Assembly: GCA_038245905.1 (NCBI GenBank)
Contig: JBBRRY010000011.1
Location: 1 to 64,000, forward strand
Direction: 5' to 3'
Length of the DNA stretch: 64,000 nt
From: Thermoanaerobaculia bacterium
GTDB taxonomy: Bacteria; Acidobacteriota; Thermoanaerobaculia; UBA5066
Within the stretch, counting starts at the first letter, position 1. The number at the start of each line of letters is the position of its first letter. Both the position numbers and the translations under genes were made by a program. Shown one piece after another: positions 9,144-19,030 of the stretch. The notes beneath the pieces were generated by a model. It was given only the letters and a program-made list of their open reading frames with translations. It made no database searches and was not told the DNA's origin.

Positions 9144-11816
9144 ATGAGCCTCACCGCAGGGACCAAGCTCGGCCCGTATGAAATCGTCGCCCCTCTCGGC
9201 GCCGGCGGCATGGGCGAGGTCTACCGCGCGCGGGACACGCGGCTCGACCGCGAGGTCGCTGTCAAGGTACTTTCGGAAGGGCTGGCCGGAGACCCCGAGG
9301 CGCTCACGCGCTTCGCAACCGAGGCGAAGGCGGTCGCCGCGCTCTCGCATCCCAACATCCTCGCGCTCTTCGATGTAGGCGAGGAGAGGGGCGTTCGATA
9401 CGTCGTCAGCGAGCTGCTAGAGGGCGAGACGCTCCGGATGGCCCTCGTGAACGGTCCCTTCCCTCCGCGCCGGGCTCTCGACATCGCCCGCGAAGTGGCC
9501 GAGGGGCTCGCGGCCGCGCACGAGAAGGGGATCGTCCACCGGGACGTCAAGCCCGAGAACGTCTTCCTGACGAGGGACGGCCACGCCAAGGTTCTCGACT
9601 TCGGTCTCGCGCGCCACGACGTTTCGCGCCGCGATCCCGGCGACACGCGCTCCCCGACGCTCCAGGCCGTCAGCGCGGCAGGCGTCGTGCTGGGCACCGT
9701 GGCGTACATGTCGCCCGAGCAGGCGCGGGGCGCGGCCGTGGACTTTCGGAGCGATCAGTTCTCGCTCGGGACCGTCCTCTACGAGATGCTGGCGGGCGCC
9801 AAACCTTTCGACGCGGCCTCGGTGCCCGAGACGCTGACGGCGATCATCCGCGACGAGCCGGAGCCGCTCGACAAGAAGGCCCCGCACGTGCCGGCCCCAG
9901 TCCGCTGGCTCGTCGAGAGGCTGCTCTCCAAGGAAGCGTCCGAGCGCTACGACGCGACGCGGGACGTCGCCCGCGAACTGAAAGGCCTCCGGGACCACCT
10001 GTCGACGTGGACGCTTCCGTCGCCGGCGGAGGGGCCGGCGCGCGAGACGGCGCTGCGCTGGATCCCGCTCGTCGCCGCAGGGATACTTCTTGCCATCGCC
10101 GGCGCAGTCCTCGGACGGCGCACGGCCCCACCCCCTCTGCCGCCGCCGCGCCTGAAGTACATCACCTCGTCGGGTCAGGACCGTGACCCGGCGATCTCGC
10201 GGGACGGGCGCCTCTGTGCGTTCGCGTCCAGCCGGGACGGCGTCTCGAGAATCTGGCTCAAGCAGCTGGCGGACGGATCCGAGATCGCGCTCACCGAAGG
10301 GCCGGACACGGCGCCCCGGTTCACTCCGGACTCGTCGAGCGTCTTCTTCATTCGACGGGAAGGCTCCGGGCCGGCCGTCTACCGGATCTCCGCTCTCGGC
10401 GGGCTTCCTCAGAAGGTGGTGACCGACGCGGTGTGGGTAGACACGTCGGCCGATGGCTCCCGCATCGCCTTCGTGCGCACGCGAATCCATGAGGCCGTGC
10501 GGACGCAGGAGCTTTGGGTGGCGGGGAGCGACGGAAGCGGGCCGCGCCTGATCGACTCCGGAGACACGTTCAATTTCCGTTCTCCGCGGTGGTCGCCGGA
10601 GGGAACCTGGATTGCCACCGCGCGTGGCCAGATCAACGTCGGCTCTCGGTGGACCGTCGTCCTCGTCAATCCGGACACGGGCGTGAAGCGAACGCTTCCT
10701 CCGGCGCCGGGCCTCGGCGAGCTTTCGGCCGTCGCGTGGACACGCGACGGCCGCTTCCTCGTCTATGGCCGGAGGGACCAGGCCATCGTGCCGGCGAGCC
10801 CAGGCGCGTATTACGTGCAGGACGTGCGCACCGGAGCCCTCACGACGATTGCTTACTCCCTCGGCGTCGGGACGGGACTCGACATCGCGGGGCCCGGACG
10901 CCTCATCGTAGAGTCGCTGTCGATCCCGACGAACCTTCTCGAGGTCCCGCTCTCGGGCACGGCACGGCCGCGGAAGTGGCTGACCCAGGGATCGCAGGTC
11001 AACTTCCAGCCGCTCGTCTCGAGTGACGGCGAGACGGTCGTCTTCACGTCGAATCGGGAAGGGAACAGCGACATCTGGGAGCTGAACCGCCGCTCGAGCG
11101 CGGTGCGCCGCCTGACGAGCCACCCCGAGAGCGACGCCGACGTCTTCCTGAGCCGTGACGGAAAGGGGCTGCTCTGGTCGTCGGCGCGTACGGGGCACTA
11201 CGAGATCTGGGGAGCCGGAGGAGACGGCAGCGCGCCGCGCCGCATTTCCGACGACGGTGTAGACGCGGAGAACCCGTCTCTCTCGCCGGACGGCGCCACG
11301 ATCGTCTACGCTTCGTTCAACGACGCGAAGCAGGGAATCTGGACGATCCGAGCGGACGGGACGAACGCAAAGACTTTCGCTTCGGGACGCAATGCCCTCC
11401 CCGAGATTTCGCCCGACGGGGCGTGGGTCTCCTTCGTGAGCCAGATTCCCACGGCGGTGATCGAGGTCGTCCGCCTCGCGGATGGGGCGCCGGTCTTCCG
11501 GATCCCGAACGTACCGGCCGGACGTGGCTTCATCGGCGGCCGGCACCGGTGGCTGCCGGACGGCCGCGGCATCGCGTTCCTCGGCGGGGACGAGCGCGGC
11601 ACGGCGCTCTTCGTCCAGGACGTCATCCCGGGCCAGGACACGGCGAAGACGCGGCGCAAGCTCGCCACCTTCGATCCGGACGTCGAGCTCCACTCGTTCG
11701 GGCTCGCTCCGGACATGAGCTTCGCCGTCGTCGCGGCGCGACAGGCCACCTCGAACCTGCTGGAGATCGACGGCCTGCCGCCGGAGGTCGCCTCGGCGGC
11801 GGCTCGGCGCCCCTGA
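9144..11816 (+). CDS. Ser/Thr kinase with TolB-like (PD40) beta-propeller domain
   Basis: GAGGMGEVY, HRDVKPEN, DFG, YMSPEQ. One TM helix, then repeated P-x-W/F-SPDG motifs. Confidence 0.92.
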   Translation: MSLTAGTKLGPYEIVAPLGAGGMGEVYRARDTRLDREVAVKVLSEGLAGDPEALTRFATEAKAVAALSHPNILALFDVGEERGVRYVVSELLEGETLRMALVNGPFPPRRALDIAREVAEGLAAAHEKGIVHRDVKPENVFLTRDGHAKVLDFGLARHDVSRRDPGDTRSPTLQAVSAAGVVLGTVAYMSPEQARGAAVDFRSDQFSLGTVLYEMLAGAKPFDAASVPETLTAIIRDEPEPLDKKAPHVPAPVRWLVERLLSKEASERYDATRDVARELKGLRDHLSTWTLPSPAEGPARETALRWIPLVAAGILLAIAGAVLGRRTAPPPLPPPRLKYITSSGQDRDPAISRDGRLCAFASSRDGVSRIWLKQLADGSEIALTEGPDTAPRFTPDSSSVFFIRREGSGPAVYRISALGGLPQKVVTDAVWVDTSADGSRIAFVRTRIHEAVRTQELWVAGSDGSGPRLIDSGDTFNFRSPRWSPEGTWIATARGQINVGSRWTVVLVNPDTGVKRTLPPAPGLGELSAVAWTRDGRFLVYGRRDQAIVPASPGAYYVQDVRTGALTTIAYSLGVGTGLDIAGPGRLIVESLSIPTNLLEVPLSGTARPRKWLTQGSQVNFQPLVSSDGETVVFTSNREGNSDIWELNRRSSAVRRLTSHPESDADVFLSRDGKGLLWSSARTGHYEIWGAGGDGSAPRRISDDGVDAENPSLSPDGATIVYASFNDAKQGIWTIRADGTNAKTFASGRNALPEISPDGAWVSFVSQIPTAVIEVVRLADGAPVFRIPNVPAGRGFIGGRHRWLPDGRGIAFLGGDERGTALFVQDVIPGQDTAKTRRKLATFDPDVELHSFGLAPDMSFAVVAARQATSNLLEIDGLPPEVASAAARRP

Positions 11817-11840
11817 GTGGTCGCGCCTAGAATCATCTGA

Positions 11841-13673
11841 ATGTCTCTGGTCCGCGTCGTGTACCTGGACGGGCGCCGCCTCGCGCGCGCCTTCGTCGCC
11901 GGGGCGCGCGCGGTGGCCGTGCACCGCGAGGAGCTCGACAGCATCAACGTGTTCCCGGTCGCGGACAACGACACGGGGTCGAATCTCTCCGCGACGCTCG
12001 CGCGAGTCTCTGCGGCCGTCTCGGGCTCGCGCGAGAGGGACGTGGCGCGCGTCGCGCGCCTCGCGGCGGACGAGGCGCTCATGGGATCGCGGGGAAACTC
12101 GGGGGCGATCGTCGCGCAGCTCCTCGAAGGCTTCGCGGGCGGGACTGTGGGGGCGTCCCGTCTCACGGCGCACGCCTTCGCCGCGGCGGCGGCAGCCGGC
12201 GCCGCCGCGGCCCGTGACGCCATGTCCCAGCCACGCGAAGGCACGATCCTGAGCGTCATCTCCGCCTTTGCCGAGGAGGCCGCGCGGCGGGCCGCCGAAA
12301 CATCCGACTTCGCCGTCCTGCTTCCCCCCGCCGCGGCGGCGGCCGGGCGGGCGCTCGCACGGACGACCGAGCAGCTTCCCGCGCTGCGCCGAGCCGGGGT
12401 CGTGGACGCGGGTGCCCGGGGCTTCGTCCTCTTTCTCGAAGGCGCGTTCGCGGCCTTCCCGCGGAACGCCGGGGCGCTGCCGGTCGAGCCTCCCGAGGAC
12501 CGGGTCGAGGCGCGCATCCGCGAGTCGAGGGAGTCGATCCTCTTCCGCTACTGCACGGAAGCGCTCGTGACGGGCGAGCGGCTCGACCGCGACGCGATCC
12601 GGCGCGCGCTCGCGCCGCTCGGAGATTCGGTCGCGGTCGTGGGGGGCGCCGCGCGGGTCCGTGTCCACGTCCACGTGAATCGCCCGGAGGACGCGTTCGC
12701 CGCCGTCAAGAAGTTCGGCGCCGTCGCCGACACGAAGGTGGAGGACATGCGCGCGCAGCACGTCTCCCGGTTCGCGGCGAAGGGGCGCGTGGCCATCGTG
12801 ACGGATTCGGCGTGCGACCTGCCGGAGGCCTCCTTCGAGGCCGAGGGCGTCACCGTCGTTCCGCTCCGGCTCATCCTCGGTGAGGAGACTTTCCTCGACA
12901 AAGTCACGATCACGCCCGCCGCCTTTCACATGCGGATGGCCGAGGGCCGGTTCGTGGCACGGACCTCGCAACCCCCACCGTCCGATTTCCGGGAGGTTTA
13001 CGGCGCATTGGCCGCGCACGGAGCGCCGGTGCTCGGGATCCACGTCTCGGGTGCTCTCTCGGGCACGTGCCAGGCCGCGCGCACGGCGGCGAGATCCCTT
13101 CGCGCCGACTCCGGCCTGGCTCCGGTTGCCGTTCTGGACTCCAGGAGCGTATCCATTGGCCAGGGCCTGATCGTGCGGGAGGCGGCCCGCGCCGCCCGAA
13201 GCGGAGGGACGCTCGCCGAGGTGATCGCGGTGGCCGAGTCCGCGGCCGCGAGGGCGCGCCTTTATGCCGCCGTGCCCTCGCTGGACACCCTCGTGAAAGG
13301 GGGCCGTGTCACGCCCGGCCAGCGAACCCTCGCGAACGCTCTCGGCGTTGTCCCGCTCATCACGATGGACGGCCTCGGGCGCGCCCGGCCCGGAGGTGCC
13401 GCCCGGGGCTTCCCGCGCGCATGCGTGAAACTGGTCGAGAAGGCTCTCGCGAAGACGAGGGGGCTCCAGGACACGACCTGGGGCGTGGCCCACTTCGGGG
13501 CGGCGCGGCTCGCGGAAAGCATCGCCGGGGAGCTGCTCTCCCGCCGGCCGGGGTCCGACGCATTCGTCGTGGAAATCGCTCCCGCGCTCGCGGCCCACAC
13601 GGGTCCCGGAGCCGTCGCGGTAGGATTCCTCGGCCTGCGCGCGCGTGGACGCGCTTTCGCGAATAGCGCTTGA
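11841..13673 (+). CDS. DAK2 (FakA-like) plus DegV (FakB-like) fusion; fatty acid kinase-type protein
   Basis: N-terminal INVFPVADNDTGSN, SRGNSG, EGTILSV, VVDAG, VHVH. C-terminal IVTDSACDL, TSQP, SGALSGT, L-x-KGGR, HTGPG. Confidence 0.88.
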   Translation: MSLVRVVYLDGRRLARAFVAGARAVAVHREELDSINVFPVADNDTGSNLSATLARVSAAVSGSRERDVARVARLAADEALMGSRGNSGAIVAQLLEGFAGGTVGASRLTAHAFAAAAAAGAAAARDAMSQPREGTILSVISAFAEEAARRAAETSDFAVLLPPAAAAAGRALARTTEQLPALRRAGVVDAGARGFVLFLEGAFAAFPRNAGALPVEPPEDRVEARIRESRESILFRYCTEALVTGERLDRDAIRRALAPLGDSVAVVGGAARVRVHVHVNRPEDAFAAVKKFGAVADTKVEDMRAQHVSRFAAKGRVAIVTDSACDLPEASFEAEGVTVVPLRLILGEETFLDKVTITPAAFHMRMAEGRFVARTSQPPPSDFREVYGALAAHGAPVLGIHVSGALSGTCQAARTAARSLRADSGLAPVAVLDSRSVSIGQGLIVREAARAARSGGTLAEVIAVAESAAARARLYAAVPSLDTLVKGGRVTPGQRTLANALGVVPLITMDGLGRARPGGAARGFPRACVKLVEKALAKTRGLQDTTWGVAHFGAARLAESIAGELLSRRPGSDAFVVEIAPALAAHTGPGAVAVGFLGLRARGRAFANSA

Positions 13674-13763
13674 CTCTTCGGACGTCCGGCAAAAAAATCC
13701 ACAATATCTGTCAGACTATCGATATTCAGCTTTGCCTCTCAGAGTGACGTGAAGGAGGAACCG

Positions 13764-15065
13764 GTGTTCAAATCGATTCATAACCGGCTGGCGACCGTCG
13801 TGCTCGTCGGCCTCGTGGCCGCCGGGTCGGCAGGCCGTGTCGAAAGCGCGGGTTTCGCCCTCTTCGAGCAGGGCGCGAAGGGGACCGCGATGGGCGGCGC
13901 GTTCGTCGCGACGGCGGACGACCCGTCCGCGATGTTCTTCAATCCCGCGGGCAACGCCTTCGCGGACAACAAGCTCACCATGGAGGGTGGCGGCTTCATC
14001 ATCCTCCGTCCCACGGCCCAGCTCGACGGCGCAAGCCCCTTCCCGGGGGACGGCTATCACGCCGAGATGAGCAAGTCGCTTTACGCGATCGGACACGGGT
14101 ACGGCGTCCTGCCGCTCTCGAACGACGTGAAGCTCGCCGTCGGCTTCTGGAGTCCGGCCGGCCTTGGCGTGCCCTGGGAAAACTCGGACGCGTTCAGCGG
14201 CCGGTTCCTGAGTCAGCGCGTCGACATCCGGCAGATCGCCGTGTCGGCGCAGCTCGCGGTCAAGCTCTCGGACTGGATCGCGATCGGCGCGGGGCCCGAG
14301 TTCCGCTTCACCGACGTCAAGCTCTCCAAGAACATCGGAGCCATCAACCCCTTCACGACCCGGTTCGTGGACGTGGCGCACGTCAGCATCGTCTCGACGG
14401 GCACCCCCGTGAAGGTCGGCTTCAACGCGGGCATCCTCATCAAGCCCTGTGAACGCCTCCGCTTCGGCATCGCGCACCACTCGCACATGGACGTCGACCT
14501 CGAGGGCGGCGCCGAGTTCGGCAAGATCCCGACGGGCAACGCGCAGTTCGACGCGGCCGTCGCGGCCGGGCTCCCGGTCGGCAAGACCGTCCCCGCGACG
14601 ACGTCGATCCAGTTTCCCTCCGTCACGATCTTCGGCATGGCTTATGACCTCGCGCCGGGCCTTACGCTCGAAGTGGACGGCAACTACACGGCGTGGAAAG
14701 TCTTCGACCAGACTGTGCTCCGAATCTCCGGCCTCCCGGACACGACTCTCGTGCACAACTTCGAGAACACGTGGTCGGTGCGCGCCGGCGTCCTCTACCA
14801 GGGGAAGGCGGGCTGGGTCGCGGGCGGGTTCGTATACGACCAGACGCCGCAGCCCGACACCGACGTGTCGCCTTTCCTGCCGGACTCGAACCGCAGCGGC
14901 GGCTCGATCGGCGCCGGCATTCGGGCCGGAAACTTCGAATTCCAGCTCTCGAGCCTGTTCCTGTGGTTCCACGAGAGAACCGTCTCGACGAACAAGGACA
15001 ACTTCAACGGCACCTACAAGACGTTCGCGGTCCTGCCGGGCGTCACGATCAAGTCGACGTTCTAA
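13764..15065 (+). CDS. OmpP1/FadL-family outer-membrane transporter
   Basis: SD AAGGAGG followed by GTG at 13764. Signal peptide, AGFALFEQGA..AMGGA..ATADDPSAMFFNPAG, LPDSNR, C-terminal Phe. Confidence 0.9.
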   Translation: MFKSIHNRLATVVLVGLVAAGSAGRVESAGFALFEQGAKGTAMGGAFVATADDPSAMFFNPAGNAFADNKLTMEGGGFIILRPTAQLDGASPFPGDGYHAEMSKSLYAIGHGYGVLPLSNDVKLAVGFWSPAGLGVPWENSDAFSGRFLSQRVDIRQIAVSAQLAVKLSDWIAIGAGPEFRFTDVKLSKNIGAINPFTTRFVDVAHVSIVSTGTPVKVGFNAGILIKPCERLRFGIAHHSHMDVDLEGGAEFGKIPTGNAQFDAAVAAGLPVGKTVPATTSIQFPSVTIFGMAYDLAPGLTLEVDGNYTAWKVFDQTVLRISGLPDTTLVHNFENTWSVRAGVLYQGKAGWVAGGFVYDQTPQPDTDVSPFLPDSNRSGGSIGAGIRAGNFEFQLSSLFLWFHERTVSTNKDNFNGTYKTFAVLPGVTIKSTF

Positions 15066-15081
15066 GGGAGCATAGAAGAAC

Positions 15082-16572
15082 ATGAAGACTCCCACTGCCC
15101 TCCTCCGCCTCGTCTCCGCGGCGTCTCTTGCTGCCGTCCTCGCGACTGCCGCCGCCCTTCCTGCGGCCGCCCAGGTCGACCTCACCCGCATCGCATTCGT
15201 CGGGGATTCCGAGGGGGCCGGCTTCTCCTCGGGCTGTCTCACGAAGCGCGTTCAGGTGGACTCGCCGATCGCGATCATCGCCCGCACGGCAGGTGTCGCC
15301 GACTTCCAGCAGCCGATCGTCAACGACCCCGGCCTCGGCGGCTGCATGGTCCTGACGTCGCTCGCGCCGTCATTCGGCGCGGAGGCCTCGACGGGAACGC
15401 CGGCGAACCTCGCGCTCCCACGCCCCTACAACAATCTCTCGATTCCTGGCTGCGCGATCCATGACATGGTGTACGCCACGACGGGCGCCGAGACGCAGAG
15501 CGCCGGCGCCTGCCGCTCGTTCATCGACCTCGTCCTCCGGAACTCGGCGCTCCACATCGGATCACCAGTCGCTCAGGCCGTCGCCCTCAGCCCGACGTTC
15601 GTCTTCCTCGAGAACGTGGGCAACGACTACCTCGGAGCGGTCCTTTCCGGCACGGTCATCGACGGCGTGACGGTGACGCCGATCGCGCCCTTCACGGCCG
15701 ACATCAACACGGCGCTCACGACGCTGAAGAACAAGCAGCCGAAGGGAATCGTCTTCGGCGTCGCCGACGTCACGAGCATTCCGTTCGCGACGACGCTTCC
15801 ACCGTTCCTGACGAGCGGCGGCAAGCTCGTCCTCGACCCCGCGGGGAATCCGATCCCCCTCCTCGGGCCGAAGAACTGCGCGGGCGGCGCCCCGGTCTGC
15901 CCGATCCCCGCGAACACGATCGTGACGCTGAACGCGGCGGCCTATCTGCCCTCGGGCTTCGGCATTCCCTGTGCGGTCGCGCCGCTCCCGAACTGCAACA
16001 AGCCCCTGCCGGCTGCCGCCATCGACGCGACGCACCCGGGCGCCCTCATCTACGCGGCCGACGTCGCGTTCCTGAAGGCGCGCGGAGCCGAATACAACAC
16101 GGCCATCAAGGCCGCCGCGACGGCTTCGGGCTACAAGTTCTACGACGTGAACGATTTCCTCCTGCGCCTGAAGGCCGGGTTCGACATCGGCGGCGCGACG
16201 GTCAACGCGAACTTCCTGACGGGCGGGGCGTTCTCCTACGACGGCTTCCACCTCACGCCGATCGGATACGCGCTTCTCGCGGACGACGTGATCCAGTTCA
16301 TGAACGCGAACTTCGCCGCGGGCCTCCCGCGCGTGAATCTCTCGACGTACCTCTTCAACGGCGGAACGAACGGCGGCCTCTCGGGCGCCAACGCGCTTTA
16401 CGTTCCGCTGAACGGAGCCGATTTCGAGCGCGCCATGGAGGGAATCTTCACGCCCGAGTTCGCCCGGCAGCTCGCGTCCATGTTCTCGTTCCCGAAGGCC
16501 GCGCTCGTGCAGGGCGACCCTGGCCAGGCCCCGCGCCACGAGCCTCATCACCGCGGCATCGAGCAGCCGTGA
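15082..16572 (+). CDS. Secreted SGNH/GDSL-family lipase/esterase
   Basis: Signal peptide, GDS (FVGDSEG), GND, DGFH (DxxH). Confidence 0.8.
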   Translation: MKTPTALLRLVSAASLAAVLATAAALPAAAQVDLTRIAFVGDSEGAGFSSGCLTKRVQVDSPIAIIARTAGVADFQQPIVNDPGLGGCMVLTSLAPSFGAEASTGTPANLALPRPYNNLSIPGCAIHDMVYATTGAETQSAGACRSFIDLVLRNSALHIGSPVAQAVALSPTFVFLENVGNDYLGAVLSGTVIDGVTVTPIAPFTADINTALTTLKNKQPKGIVFGVADVTSIPFATTLPPFLTSGGKLVLDPAGNPIPLLGPKNCAGGAPVCPIPANTIVTLNAAAYLPSGFGIPCAVAPLPNCNKPLPAAAIDATHPGALIYAADVAFLKARGAEYNTAIKAAATASGYKFYDVNDFLLRLKAGFDIGGATVNANFLTGGAFSYDGFHLTPIGYALLADDVIQFMNANFAAGLPRVNLSTYLFNGGTNGGLSGANALYVPLNGADFERAMEGIFTPEFARQLASMFSFPKAALVQGDPGQAPRHEPHHRGIEQP

Positions 16573-16597
16573 CCGGCCGAAAGACTAGGAGGACGAT

Positions 16598-17440
16598 GTG
16601 ATCTCAGTTTCCCATTCGAAATCGATTTCGAGGCGCGCGGGCACGGGCCTCGCGCTCTTCGCCGCGCTTTTCATGGCCGCCTGCACATGCACGACAGGCG
16701 GCGGATTCAAGATCACGAAGCCGGCCGACGGCGCGCACATGGCTGCGGGAACGCCCGTTGAAGTGTGCGTTTCCCCGGTGGGCGGCGACTACTGCTACTT
16801 CCCGCCGAAGGCCTACGAGGTGACGCTCGACGGCGGCCAAAGCCGGATGATCGCGGCCGACGCGAAGCCGCTCTGCACCACTTTCACAGCCGTGGCTGCG
16901 GGCCCGCACGTGGCCGACGCGTTCGTCATGCGCAACGGCAAGCGCGCCGAGACGGCGCGCGTGAAGTTCGTCGTCGACCCGCCGCCGCCCCCGCCGACTC
17001 CGGCCCCGACGCCGGTTCCCGCCCCAATGACGGCCCCCCCGCCTGCCCCACCGCCCCCGCCGCCTGCGGCCGCGGAGGAAATGGTCGCGATCACGCAGAA
17101 GGGCGGCTATCTCGAGGACATCTTCTTCGACTACAACAAGTTCGCCATCAAGCCCGAGTACCACGAGAGGCTCCAGCGAGGGGCCGAGTGGATCAAGAAC
17201 CATCCCGACACGAAGGTCACGATCGAAGGTCACTGCGACATCCGCGGCACCAACGCATACAACCTCGTGCTCGGCAAGAAGCGCTCCCAGGCGACCTTCG
17301 ACCACATGGTCAAGCTCGGCGTGGACACGGCCCAAATCACGGTCACGACGGTCGGAGAAGAGAAGCCGTTCGCCACGGGCAAGAGCGAAGCGGCCTTCGC
17401 TTCGAACCGGAGATCTCACTTCATCATCACGAAGCGCTGA
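16598..17440 (+). CDS. OmpA/Pal-domain lipoprotein with Pro-rich linker
   Basis: Lipobox-like FMAAC, poly-Pro linker, IFFDYNK ... IEGHCDIRGTNAYNLVLG ... NRR. Confidence 0.85.
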   Translation: MISVSHSKSISRRAGTGLALFAALFMAACTCTTGGGFKITKPADGAHMAAGTPVEVCVSPVGGDYCYFPPKAYEVTLDGGQSRMIAADAKPLCTTFTAVAAGPHVADAFVMRNGKRAETARVKFVVDPPPPPPTPAPTPVPAPMTAPPPAPPPPPPAAAEEMVAITQKGGYLEDIFFDYNKFAIKPEYHERLQRGAEWIKNHPDTKVTIEGHCDIRGTNAYNLVLGKKRSQATFDHMVKLGVDTAQITVTTVGEEKPFATGKSEAAFASNRRSHFIITKR

Positions 17441-17463
17441 AGCGGAGTTTCCCTGTTCTTTCT

Positions 17464-17499
17464 GCGGCCCGGACCCTGAGGCCCGGGCCGCTTGTCTTT
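17464..17499 (+). terminator. Rho-independent terminator after the FadL-lipase-OmpA genes
   Basis: GCGGCCCGG / CCGGGCCGC 9-bp stem followed by TTGTCTTT. Confidence 0.65.
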
Positions 17500-17611
17500 C
17501 CGGCGATGGGTGGGTTACGCTGGTGGTCCGTCCGGCCGTCCAGGTGGGGGGATAGGCGTCTGCCTCCTCCGCAAGGGTCGTCAGCCGAATCCATGAAACC
17601 CTGGAGAATCA

Positions 17612-18172
17612 ATGATTTCCGCAACTGATATTCGGGCCGGAATGATCATCGTTTACAACGGCGAGCTCCACCGGGCTCACAGCGTCCTCCACAAGACTCC
17701 TGGGAACCTTCGGGGCTTCGTCCAGGCGAAGCTCCGAAACCTGAAATCCGGTGCCATGAACGAACACCGGTTCCGGTCCGAGGACAAAGTCGAGAAGGCC
17801 TCTCTCGACACGCACCAGATGCAGTACCTCTACTCGGACACCCAGGGGCACCATTTCATGAACCAGGAAACCTACGACCAGATCCGGCTCGACGACGAGG
17901 TCGTGGGCGAGTCGATGAAGTACCTCCTGCCCGAGACCGTCATCGAAATCGACTTCTACGAGGACAACCCGGTCTCGGTCGAGCTGCCGACGACCGTGAA
18001 TCTCCGGATTCTGGAGACCGAGCCCGGAATGAAGGGAGCGACCGCGTCGGCGTCTTACAAGCCCGCGAAGCTCGAGACTGGGCTCGTCGTGCAGGTGCCG
18101 CAGTTCGTCGAGGCAGGCACGGTCGTCAAGATCGACACGCGCGACGACAAATACCTGGAGCGCGTCTCCTGA
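17612..18172 (+). CDS. efp: Elongation factor P (Asn at the loop tip)
   Basis: 186 aa; TPGNLRGFVQAKLRNL, YLYSD, FMNQETYDQ, KPAKLETG, VPQF, KIDTR. Confidence 0.95.
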   Translation: MISATDIRAGMIIVYNGELHRAHSVLHKTPGNLRGFVQAKLRNLKSGAMNEHRFRSEDKVEKASLDTHQMQYLYSDTQGHHFMNQETYDQIRLDDEVVGESMKYLLPETVIEIDFYEDNPVSVELPTTVNLRILETEPGMKGATASASYKPAKLETGLVVQVPQFVEAGTVVKIDTRDDKYLERVS

Positions 18173-19026
18173 TTCTTCTCCTCGCGGCCGCCCTGGGAGG
18201 AGCGCTCGGCGCCAACGCCTCTGTCGAGCCGCCGTCCGGCGGCGGTTCCGCGCTCGCGCAGGCTTGTCCGGCACGGGACCCTGAGGATGGCCGATGCTAC
18301 CCCTCGGCGGACGCGGCGGATCTCGCCTGGCTCGCGCGGTCGGGAAGGCCGTCCGCGATCGCCGCACGGCGCAGCGAGGCGCCCGAAGAGGACCCCGACG
18401 ATCCGGACGACGCGGAGGACTCCGAGGACGGCGGGAGTCTCGCCCCCGTCGACCAGGCGATGAAGGGGTCTCCCAGCCCGGCCCGGCTCGCGTTCTGGAA
18501 GAACCTCGCGAAGACGGTCACCGGCCTCGTCGTGCGCAAGGCGAACAGCCGCCCCGTGTCGGTCCCCGAAGAGGAGCTCGCCGAGCTCTTCTCGACCGAC
18601 TTCCCTCTGCCGCTCGAGGCGTTCGACCGGGCCAAGTACCGCGACACATTTCTCGCGAAACGCGGCAAGCACAAGAAACATCACGCGATCGACCTCCCGG
18701 CCCCGCGCGGGACACCGGTCGTGGCAGTCGCGGACGGGTTCATCGAACGCATGGGCCGCGATAAGCGCGGCGGCAAAGTTATCTATCTCCGGGACGCGAC
18801 GGGGAAGTACACCTTCTTCTATGCGCACCTCGCGCGCCACGAGAAGGGGTTGAAGCCTGGTGATCACGTCGTGAGGGGACAGCGGCTCGGAGACGTCGGC
18901 TCGACCGGACACGTCATCGGCGGGCCGCACCTCCACTTTGCGATCTTCCGGGACGAGGACGCCGCCGGCCGCGCCCTCGTCGTGAACCCCTACCTCGTCT
19001 TCAGCCCGCTCCTGACGATGCCCTGA
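18169..19026 (+). CDS. M23-family metallopeptidase, secreted; probable CTG start
   Basis: HHAIDL, YAHL, GSTG, GPHLHF. The frame is open upstream of the ATG at 18460 and encodes a signal-like ILLLAAALGGALGANA starting at CTG 18169, which overlaps the efp TGA. The start is uncertain. Confidence 0.8.
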   Translation: MILLLAAALGGALGANASVEPPSGGGSALAQACPARDPEDGRCYPSADAADLAWLARSGRPSAIAARRSEAPEEDPDDPDDAEDSEDGGSLAPVDQAMKGSPSPARLAFWKNLAKTVTGLVVRKANSRPVSVPEEELAELFSTDFPLPLEAFDRAKYRDTFLAKRGKHKKHHAIDLPAPRGTPVVAVADGFIERMGRDKRGGKVIYLRDATGKYTFFYAHLARHEKGLKPGDHVVRGQRLGDVGSTGHVIGGPHLHFAIFRDEDAAGRALVVNPYLVFSPLLTMP

Positions 19027-19030
19027 CGCC

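Noticed and set aside
9417-13598. 1393-aa minus-strand ORF
   Set aside because: Antisense shadow of two well-supported plus-strand genes; Arg/Gly-rich with no motifs, typical of high-GC DNA.
17500-17611. Structured RNA in the efp leader
   Set aside because: Only short hairpins; no recognisable family consensus.
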